Positions 54,078 to 64,000 of a DNA stretch of 64,000 bases are shown here, piece after piece. The stretch is from Eledone cirrhosa (lineage: Eukaryota): positions 92,752,001-92,816,000 of the forward strand of contig OZ024740.1 in NCBI GenBank assembly GCA_964016885.1, read 5' to 3'. Position numbers and translations under genes: made by a program. The notes beneath the pieces were generated by a model. It had not been told where the DNA came from. It searched no databases and worked only from the letters and a program-made list of their open reading frames with translations. How positions within the stretch are numbered: position 1 is the stretch's first letter; every line of letters starts with the position of its first letter.

Positions 54078-54214
54078 AAATCTGGTCTGTTTATTGAATT
54101 TGAATTTTAAAAACAAAAATGCAATTTATATGAAAGTGAGGCTGGAGGTGTAAGAAGGAAAGGAAACATAAAAAACACGCACACTCAGACACAAAATCAT
54201 ACATACACACACAC

Positions 54215-54287
<73 letters not shown>

Positions 54288-54931
54288 TATATACATATAT
54301 ATATACATATACATACACTCATAGATACACACACACACATATATACACACATACACATACATGTACACATATATACATACGCACATAAATATCAACACAT
54401 CCATACATACACATACACATATACAACCACACACACATATATACACACATACACATAGAAACATAAATATAAATACATATACATACACACATATACATAC
54501 ATATATATTTATATATACATATACATATATATATATATGTGTACAAGCATGCGCATACACAAACATAGCCATACACACATACATATACATACATACATAT
54601 ATGCACTCAATCATACATATACATATATATATACATACACATACATACACATATACATGTGTGTGTGTGTAAAACTCAGTCTTAGATAATTCATATGAGC
54701 CTTACATATACATAAATATAGTAGTAAAGTAATAAAGTAATAAGCAACATAAGGCAATTATTCCATTCACCAGTGGTTTCTTAAAAGCAAAAAAAATGTC
54801 CTTCAATCTTCAGAATGAGAAAACCCTGGTCTATCTACATATACATAGATATGCACACACACATATATATATATATAAACTGATACGTGCATATATGTAT
54901 GTGTACCTGTATGCATATGTATGTATATGTG

Positions 54932-54967
<36 letters not shown>

Positions 54968-55208
54968 TGTGCATGCTACTGTACGTCTGTATACATATAT
55001 GTATGTACGTATACATGCATACTTACATTTAAGTAAGTGCCATACTAAGAGTGAGAAATGAAATTTCGTTTTCATTTTGTTTCAATTTATCGTTTTCGGT
55101 ATGCCTGACCGATTTAACTCACTCAATATGCAAATTAGGCTGCTCAGCTGTTAATTTTCATAAGGAAAGTATATACTTTCGAACGTTCAACTATCTGGCA
55201 GATGGGTA

Positions 55209-55253
55209 AACGGTGCTGATGATAGCTAACAAGCTTGAAACTAGTACATCGTT
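55209..55253 (+). ncRNA. Minimal type I hammerhead, copy 1 (predicted cut after 55246)
   Basis: AACGGUG-CUGAUGA-U-AGCU(aaca)AGCU-U-GAAA-CUAG-UA-CAUCGUU. Confidence 0.92.
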
Positions 55254-55413
55254 CCTGTGTCAGTGTTGAACAAAAAGGTGACGTGGTTGCCTTAACACCG
55301 TATGGCATAAATTCAGGTTGTTCAGTTTGTTTACAAACGAACAAAGCGACGTTATAATAAGCGCCGCTAAACTGATACGTGCATATATGTATGTGTACCT
55401 GTATGCATATGTA

Positions 55414-55462
<49 letters not shown>

Positions 55463-55702
55463 GTGCATGCTACTGTACGTCTGTATACATATATGTATGT
55501 ACGTATACATGCATACTTACATTTAAGTAAGTGCCACACTAAGAGTGAGAAATGAAATTTCGTTTTCATTTTGTTTCAATTTATCGTTTTCGGTATGCCT
55601 GACCGATTTAACTCACTCAATATGCAAATTAGGCTGCTCAGCTGTTAATTTTCATAAGGAAAGGATATACTTTCGAACGTTCAACTATCTGGCAGATGGG
55701 TA

Positions 55703-55747
55703 AACGGTGCTGATGATAGCTAACAAGCTTGAAACTAGTACATCGTT
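55703..55747 (+). ncRNA. Minimal type I hammerhead, copy 2 (predicted cut after 55740)
   Basis: Identical to copy 1. Confidence 0.92.
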
Positions 55748-55917
55748 CCTGTGTCAGTGTTGAACAAAAAGGTGACGTGGTTGCCTTAACACCGTATGGC
55801 ATAAATTCAGGCTGTTCAGTTTGTTTACAAACGAACAAAGCGACGTTATAATAAGCGCCGCTAAACTGATACGTGCATATATGTATGTGTACCTGTATGC
55901 ATATGTATGTATATGTG

Positions 55918-55953
<36 letters not shown>

Positions 55954-56194
55954 TGTGCATGCTACTGTACGTCTGTATACATATATGTATGTACGTATAC
56001 ATGCATACTTACATTTAAGTAAGTGCCATACTAAGAGTGAGAAATGAAATTTCGTTTTCATTTTGTTTCAATTTATCGTTTTCGGTATGCCTGACCGATT
56101 TAACTCACTCAATATGCAAATTAGGCTGCTCAGCTGTTAATTTTCATAAGGAAAGTATATACTTTCGAACGTTCAACTATCTGGCAGATGGGTA

Positions 56195-56239
56195 AACGGT
56201 GCTGATGATAGCTAACAAGCTTGAAACTAGTACATCGTT
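56195..56239 (+). ncRNA. Minimal type I hammerhead, copy 3 (predicted cut after 56232)
   Basis: Identical to copy 1. Confidence 0.92.
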
Positions 56240-56409
56240 CCTGTGTCAGTGTTGAACAAAAAGGTGACGTGGTTGCCTTAACACCGTATGGCATAATTTC
56301 AGGCTGTTCAGTTTGTTTACAAACTAACAAAGCGACGTTATAATAAGCGCCGTTAAACTGATACGTGCATATATGTATGTGTACCTGTATGCATATGTAT
56401 GTATATGTG

Positions 56410-56444
<35 letters not shown>

Positions 56445-56587
56445 GTGCATGCTACTGTACGTCTGTATACATATATGTATGTACGTATACATGCATACTT
56501 ACATTTAAGTAAGTGCCATACTAAGACTGAGAAATGAAATTTCGTTTTCATTTTGTTTCAATTTATATATATATATATATATATATG

Positions 56588-56747
<160 letters not shown>

Positions 56748-57038
56748 GAATGACACCATTCTATTTTGTATCAATGTGAACTGGTATTTCTGATAGCTAT
56801 CTTTTCACACCTTCATAATTTATGTGTGAGACAGGTTGGCTGAGGCTTCTGATGGGAACTAATAGATTGATTCTTATTAGCTTCCCGTCCTCACGTAAAA
56901 TTTGTAAATCAGGGGCTAGTTGAGAGATAGAGTCCCATCGGTTGCCAGTTAATCGCTTTACCGTGTTGGTTGTCACAAACAGTCATGACCGCACGAGCCG
57001 TTGTTTGGATTATGTCGATCGATTGGTTATTGATTAGG

Positions 57039-57156
57039 CGTTACCCGGTGATGAAGCTGCATAAGACGATTTTGCTTTGTTGCATAATATATGCACACAG
57101 ATGGTGCAGTGCACCTTACTGCTGCATTAGTGCTGCAGAACTCGAGTCCGGGAACG
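57039..57156 (+). ncRNA. Decayed hammerhead with long stem II, in a (TA)n-flanked 550-bp unit (56745-57300)
   Basis: CGUUaCCCG-GUGAUGA-...-GAA-CUCGAG-UC-CGGGAACG; two core lesions, good stem I, palindromic stem III. Confidence 0.6.
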
Positions 57157-57299
57157 TTATAGGCACCCGTTTTACGTGTGTCGTGTTGAGGCAAATAACT
57201 ATGTGTATACTCTGGTAATGTATCATCCATTGCCCATTGAGTGCGCTGAGATAGAGCCGGTACTGGCATTGAAAAATATGGTGGGTCTGTCAACCCTTA

Positions 57300-57387
<88 letters not shown>

Positions 57388-57405
57388 GTATATATGCATA
57401 TATAC

Positions 57406-57500
<95 letters not shown>

Positions 57501-57541
57501 CGATATTAAATGAATGGAACCTATTTTTATAAAACCATATT

Positions 57542-57607
57542 TATTTCATTATATATATTTCAGGGATATCATATTAAGAATATGGTATGCCTTCATCAGA
57601 CAAAATA
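57542..57607 (-). ncRNA. Type I hammerhead in 3' pseudo-LTR
   Basis: UAUUUUGU-CUGAUGA-AGG...CCU-GAAA-UAUAUA-UA-AUGAAAUA. Confidence 0.85.
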
Positions 57608-59017
57608 CAATATAAACAGTCTTATAAATAGATAGATTTGACATACCTTACACTTCGACTTCCATTTAAAAAGTTGATTTGGTAGTGAAAAATGTTAGGG
57701 ACAGTTATAGAGAAAACATGAAAAGAAAGAAAGAAAACGAAGAAAAAGAAGAAATGTATGTAACAAAAACCGAGAGAGATAGATATAGAGAGATAGATAG
57801 AGAGAAGAAATTCATGTAAAGAAAAAACAGAGAGAGATATAGATAGAGAGAGAAAAAACAGAGGGATATAGATAGAGAGAGAGAGAGAGAGAAAAGAGAG
57901 AGAGAAAAAAATAGAGAGAGATAAATATATAGAGAGAGAAAAATAGGTAGTTGGGCACCAGTTGAATGACGTATCAATGATATATTTATTTATTTATTTA
58001 TTTATTTAGTTATATTATTAAGGTAGAGAGAGATATATGTGGTTATGAGAGAAAACTGCCGTTACATAGAGAGAAAAGAAAAATATCCAGAGATAAACGA
58101 GGCAGATTTAAAACACTATGTTTCATCAATCTAAAATATCAATTCGTATGTATTAGGTATTATAATGTAAATATCAGTATTCATGAATGAGACACGTATC
58201 AATAATGTGTGAAAAATAATGATCATATGTCTAGTTTAAAATTCCTAGGTCTATAATCAGAACTGAGTTAAACTCCAAAAAAATTGAAATACATAAGTAT
58301 ATATGCACTTTCATGAAAAAATAAAATAAAATAAAAGAAAATAGAAGGTTATCCCAGATTCGACACTATAGACATCCATGTGAATTTACGTGATCAACTC
58401 TGCAAATTCTTATTTCACATGAAAACATTCTCATTGTGCTATAAAAATTCTAGTATGCATATATGTGTACATAGACACAAATATATATAGAATCTACATT
58501 AATTTTAAGAATAATATTCTTGCCTTTACTCTACATGATTATCGTTCAAGCATAGAATAGACAACAGATATCAATATATCAATAAAAATATTAAAAATAT
58601 TAAAAATATTAAAAAAAATATTTAAAATATAAAAAAATATAAAAAAATATAATTAAAATGCCAAGAAAGTTCCCAGACTATCTCGGGCCGTAATAAACAC
58701 AGAAATCTACCCTTCAAATTTATTTGACAATATGTTGCCAAGTTCCTTATAAGCATCAGAATCAAAAGCAAACAAAACCAAAATTATTCACCAAATCCTG
58801 TCTAGCAGAAATCATTCAAAAAGTTTAGGATACCCATTTGATCTACAGATGGTCTTATATTTATTATAGAAGTTTATCTAATGTAAAATCTATTCGATAT
58901 ATTTGGAGCATCATCTTTTAGGGTAGTTTAATTATTCATGAAGAATGTTTAAAAAAAAAGAAATCGAAAGATTTATCGGCGAGTTCCATAAATAATTACA
59001 AATCTTAAGTAAATATA

Positions 59018-61242
59018 CTACATTTTAAATTTATATTTATATTTAAAAGTTGAGTTCAATCTATGTCTGCAGCAACTGAATAAATTTGTCCGTAAATTAA
59101 GTGAATTTTTAGATTTTAGTATAAAGAATATCTCCTCCGCGCAGAGGTCACATGTCTCAGAAGATGAATTAAAAGGAATCCCTCTTGAGACTATATTCCA
59201 AGCCGTCGAATATCCAACGTTGTCATGCTTAAGTTGCCAGAGTAAGCCTGTTAGTGATGTTGAAGATTTTTGGCTTGGATCTGTGAAAGAAATCTTGTGG
59301 TTATTATAGCGAAGTTCAAATTCTGTCGAGGTGAAGCCAACATAGTTAAAAGTATTTAAGTCCGTTTTAACATTACAGTTGTATATTATATTTTTAACTA
59401 AGCAATTGTTATTTAACGGACATTTAGATCTATCTCTACAGCTACATTTGTTTACTTGGATATTATTTAGGCTATTATCGGTATTTTGGCTAGGTTTTAA
59501 ATTCCTATTATTTATTCTATTAATATTTTGTGCTAAATTTTTGGTGGATGAGTAAGTTAATTTTATAGTATGTCTATTGAAAATCGAGTGATATTATGTG
59601 TTCTAGGGAAGCGATTATCAAGAGCATTAAAAAATAGTTTAGCGATGTGGGTTTTAATGTTTAGTGAGAAGGGGGGGGGGGCAAACCATATTATGTTTCT
59701 AGTTCTATTTCTTTTTTGGCTTTTGGAATTATTGTAATGCTTTCTATTATAGTTGTTAAAGTTGTTGCCGTAATTAAAATTGTTGTTATTTTGGTTAGTT
59801 TGTCTATTATTATCTATGTACATAATTGTATCACTATATCCTGCTCTAGCTAACGCTTCATTGTAATACTGGGCTTTTTCGTCGAAAATCTTTTTATTAG
59901 ATGAGATTCTAGAGATACGTTTTTGAACAGAGTTCACTACAGTATTTTTAACAGATCTGGGGTGATTAGAGTTAAAACTGACATAGTTCAAGTTTTCATT
60001 CAACTAGTGAAATGGATAGTGAAGACATGTGTTGAGATTTAATGTTACATCTAGGAAATTGACTATTCTATGGTTATTCTCAATTTCTATTTTTAGATTA
60101 AAGTAATTAAAAAATTGTGTAATTTGTTTTCTTTTTCTATTTAGTTCAGAGTTATTATTTTCAATAAGTAAAAGCATGTCATCTCTATATAATCCTCCGG
60201 TAACACCGGGTATTTTCCTATGCAGCGAATTAATTATAAATAGGCCCACAAGGTCCGTTACCTGAGCTGAGTCGGATGATTCTATAGTAATGTCGAAATT
60301 GTTATCTCTATCTGCTCTGGTCCATAGTTGGTTATTAAATTCTATCAATGTTTTCCTAGCCGATAATATAATGTGCATTTCATTGCTAGTTAGGTCTGTA
60401 TGTTTGAATGCGTAATTTAGTGCCTTATTTAGTAGATTAGGGGTAATAGATGAATAATAGTTAGCAATATCTAGTTGAATAAATTTATTATTATTGTTAT
60501 ATTTAATTTCTTTAAACCACTCAATAACCTCTCCAGTTCCCCTCCACAAGCTTAAGTTAGGTAAACAATTCAAGTTTTTAATTTGCTGTATCACCCTGTC
60601 TAGAATGCTTTTGATAAGTTTACCCAGGTCAGATTTTGATGGTGCAATCAATCTGACTGGCAGGTCAATTTCAAAATTTCTTTTGTGATCTTTCATATTG
60701 ATCTTGGGTTTCCTGGGCACGAAAGGTTGTGTTTTGTTCTCAATTTCCAACTCATGCATTATACAAGATGCCTCAACATTCATTTTCTCAAGTTCGGCCT
60801 TATCTGCTATCTTGTACTTTTTCCTCAGTTCTTTCAGTATGAGGCCATTATACATGTCTTTCTGCACTCCATAGAGCTTGTTGGTCTTGTCCGATTTCAC
60901 CAAGATCTTCTCAGTTCTCTCTAAGCTCTCAATATTATCCTTAATGCCTTTCAGATATTCCTGGCATTTGAAGTTTCTCTTGAATTTGACTCCTTGTATG
61001 ATAGAAATTATATCGTTTTGAAAGTCAGTTAAAAGTTTGTTGGGGGGTGGATTTTTTTTAGATTTGAAAACTTTGCCTAAGTCCGAGACATTTTCATTTA
61101 TATTAGATTTATCAAAGTGGAATGCACGCCACCTGATTCTCCTTATAAAAGAGTCCGATGTATCTATTAATTGTTTAATAAAGTCTTTGTTTCTAGGTAG
61201 AGGTATGTCTTTCAAAGAGGAAGAAATCTTAAAGAATTCCAT
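59018..61242 (-). pseudogene. PLE RT and GIY-YIG polyprotein with one TAG (60004-60006) and one frameshift (~59595)
   Basis: FIRRIRWRAF, KSDKT, PVRLIAPSKSDLGK, FIQLDIANYYSSI, GGLYRDD, VNFLDVTLNL, IIWFAPP, CSCRDRSKCPLNNNCL, IIY...YVG...FELRYNNH, CDLCAEE, LNLR...CCRH. Confidence 0.93.
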
Positions 61243-61420
61243 TTTTTCAGTTATAATATAAAGCGCTCAACAGTATTGGAGCAAGATATATGCAAAGTTT
61301 TATTTAAATTGTTGGGTTACAACGAGTAAATATTTATAACTGATATAAAAGCACTCAACAAGTATTTGGAGTATATTTACGATATTAAATAAATGGAAAC
61401 TATATTTATAAAACCATATT

Positions 61421-61486
61421 TATTTCATTATATATATTTCAGGGATATCATATTAAGAATATGGTATGCCTTCATCAGACAAAATA
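61421..61486 (-). ncRNA. Type I hammerhead in 5' pseudo-LTR
   Basis: Identical to 57542-57607. Confidence 0.85.
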
Positions 61487-61734
61487 CAATATAAACAGTC
61501 TTATAAATAGATAGATTTGACATACCTTACACTTCGACTTCCATTTAAAAAGTTGATTCGGTAGTGAAAAATGTTAGGGACAGTTATAGAGAAAACATGA
61601 AAAGAAAGAAAGAAAACGAAGAAAAAGAAGAAATGTATGTAAAAAAAACCGAGATAGATAGATATAGAGAGAAGAAATTCATGTAAAGAAAAAACAGAGA
61701 GAGATATAGATAGAGAGAGAAAAAACAGAGGGAT

Positions 61735-61781
<47 letters not shown>

Positions 61782-62460
61782 AGAGAGAGAAAAAAATAGA
61801 GAGAGATAAATATATAGAGAGAGAAAAATAGGTAGTTGGGCACCAGTTGAATGACGTATCAATGATATATTTATTTATTTATTTATTTATTTATTTAGTT
61901 ATAGTATTAAGGTAGAGAGACATATATGTGGTTATGAGAGAAAACTGCCGTTACATAGAGAGAAAAGAAAAATATCCAGAGATAAACGAGGCAGATTTAA
62001 AACTATGTTTCATCAATCTAAAATATTAATTCGTATAAATTAGGTATTATAATGTAAATATCAGTATTCATGAATGAGACACGTATCAATAATGTGTGAA
62101 AAATAATGATCATATGTCTAGTTTAAAATTCCTAGGTCTATAATCAGAACTGAGTTAAAACTTCAAAAAAATTGAAATACATAAGTATATATGCACTTTC
62201 ATGAAAAAATAAAATAAAATAATAGAAAATAGAAGGTTATCCCAGATTCGACACTACAGACATCCATGTGAATTTATGTGATCAACTCTGCAACTTCTAT
62301 TTCACATGAAAACATTCTCATTGTGCTATAAAAATTCTAGTATACATATATGTGTACATAGACACAAATATATATAGAATCTACATTAATTTTAAGAATA
62401 ATATTCTTGCCTTTACTCTACATGATTATCGTGCAAGCATAGAATAGACAACAGATATAA

Positions 62461-62551
62461 GAAAAATAGCTCTCTGTAAATACACCAGATGTTTTACAGA
62501 CCAGGAGTATAAATTATTAATTACACAATAATCAATTTATAATTAATAATT

Positions 62552-62616
<65 letters not shown>

Positions 62617-62700
62617 AATTATAAATTGATTATCGTGTAATTTATAATTTATACTCCTGGTCTGTAAAACATCTGGTGTATTTACAGAGAGGTATTTTTC
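62461..62700. repeat. Inverted repeat (~90-bp arms) centred on a (TA)n tract
   Basis: 62461-62549 mirrors 62612-62700. Confidence 0.88.
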
Positions 62701-62792
62701 TTAATGGTAATAAGGTAGTAATAAATTGCTGACCATATCTGTTTATAGTGCTTATAGGTGTATATAGTGTATATATAACTATAAATAATATT

Positions 62793-62879
<87 letters not shown>

Positions 62880-62881
<2 letters not shown>

Positions 62882-64000
62882 TTAGTATATCTAGTAACAT
62901 ATATATACACACAGATCCATACTTATGCTAGCAAATATATAGGTTTTGTCTTAATAACTTTGTGGTTCAATGCATGAGGTTGCAGAACAATAATATGAGA
63001 GACGTAAAATAAGAAAATTCTAAAATTAACTTACTTACTAAAATTTCACTCCCAACTAATTAGTTTCTGAAACGGAATAAACATACTTTCCGAAGAACTG
63101 TACAGAGAAGCCTTTCGTCATCAGGGAAGTCTATTCTCACCTAAGTTTCCAGGCAATACGTGGACACTGGGAACTTATACAAAAATAATTCAGTGGATGT
63201 TAAAAAGCAAAGCGTGAACTAAATTCCAAGCCATTGAGAAAATCACAGCCTACTGCGTCGGTGGCAAATTCAAAAAGAATCAATCACGTGACATCGAGAT
63301 CAATCAGTGGAAAGTGGTTTGTTAACAAGACAGCAGCCTGACTGTTACCATAGCAGCAGTCTTGGCCAATTTTGCTCGACAAATAATTTGGAGATAATTA
63401 TGAAGAGTGATTGATTCTTTTTGAATTTGCCACCGACGCAGTAGGCAGTGATTTTCTCAATGGCTAGGAATTTAGTCCACGCTTTGCTTCTTTCCATCCA
63501 CTGAATTATTTTGTATAAGTTCCCAGTGTCTACGTATTGCTTGGAAACTTAGCTGAGAATAGTCTTCCCTGATGACGAAAGGCTTCTCTGTACACTTCTT
63601 CGGAAAGTATGTTTATTCCCTTTCAGAAACTAATTAGTTGGGAGTGAAATTTTAGTAACTAAGTTAATTTTATAATTTTCTTATTTTACATCTCTCATAT
63701 TATTGCTGCAACCTCATGCATTGAACCACAAAGTTACTAAGGCAAAACCTATATATTTGCTAGCATAAGTATGCATCTGTGTGTATATATATGTTACTAG
63801 ATATACTAATTCTTTATAATTATCTGCAAATTATTTGTCGAGACAAATTGGCCAAAACTGCTGCTATGGTAACAGTCAGGCTGCTGTCTTCTTCACAAAC
63901 CACTTTCCACTGATTGACCTCGATGTCACGTGATTGATTCTTTTTGAATTTGCCACCGACGCAGTAGGCAGTGATTTTCTCAATGGCTTGGAATTTAGTC
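62880..64000. mobile_element. Retrozyme- or pLTR-like 523-bp unit: one inverted monomer, then a direct tandem running off the window
   Basis: GTGATTGATTCTTTTTGAATTTGCC at 63407 and 63930; 62880-63405 is a reverse-complement monomer. Confidence 0.88.
63564..63644 (+). ncRNA. Type I hammerhead; inverted copy at 63049-63129 (-)
   Basis: CUUCC-CUGAUGA-C-GAAAGG...CCUUUC-A-GAAA-CUAAUUAG-UU-GGGAG. Confidence 0.85.

Larger units (their letters stand above)
54876..56566 (+). mobile_element. Retrozyme-like tandem array, ~3.4 copies of a 492-494 nt non-coding monomer
   Basis: Units start at 54876, 55368, 55862 and 56354; near-identical; one hammerhead per full unit; (TA)n on both sides. Confidence 0.9.
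57499..62458 (-). mobile_element. Near-intact full-length PLE (family E, probably Nematis-type) with direct pseudo-LTRs
   Basis: 57499-58571 and 61378-62458 are ~1.07-kb direct repeats around one RT+GIY-YIG frame; 3' end in (TA)n. Confidence 0.95.

Noticed and set aside
54876-56566. CRISPR array, or a repeated protein-coding gene (ORFs 55144-55569, 56130-56492)
   Set aside because: No unique spacers and no cas genes; the ORFs run through microsatellite and change frame between units.

Overview
AT-rich, microsatellite-dense eukaryotic DNA. The SINE family and repeat landscape suggest an octopod cephalopod, but this is inferred and not verified. No host gene can be called with confidence; the window is almost all retroelement-derived. 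It contains: (i) several Penelope-like elements (PLEs; RT plus C-terminal GIY-YIG), including a near-intact copy with ~1.07-kb direct pseudo-LTRs (57499-62458); (ii) many non-coding tandem or fold-back units anchored in (TA)n; (iii) a decayed CsRn1-type Gypsy provirus with both LTRs and a 4-bp TSD (26582-32049); (iv) a ~12.8-kb pile-up of (AAT)n-associated non-LTR elements (Tx1-like, R4/Dong-like, SINE) splitting an older PLE; (v) Helitron derivatives and a tRNA-derived SINE. The main hidden signal is about 26 type I hammerhead ribozyme motifs (intact or decayed, found by eye) in about 15 unrelated sequence families. They include a 3.4-copy array of a 492-494 nt monomer with one intact hammerhead per full unit (retrozyme-like, 54876-56566) and two unrelated families with a non-canonical CAGAAGA (U4A) core. 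All folds were paired manually; nothing was computed or searched.
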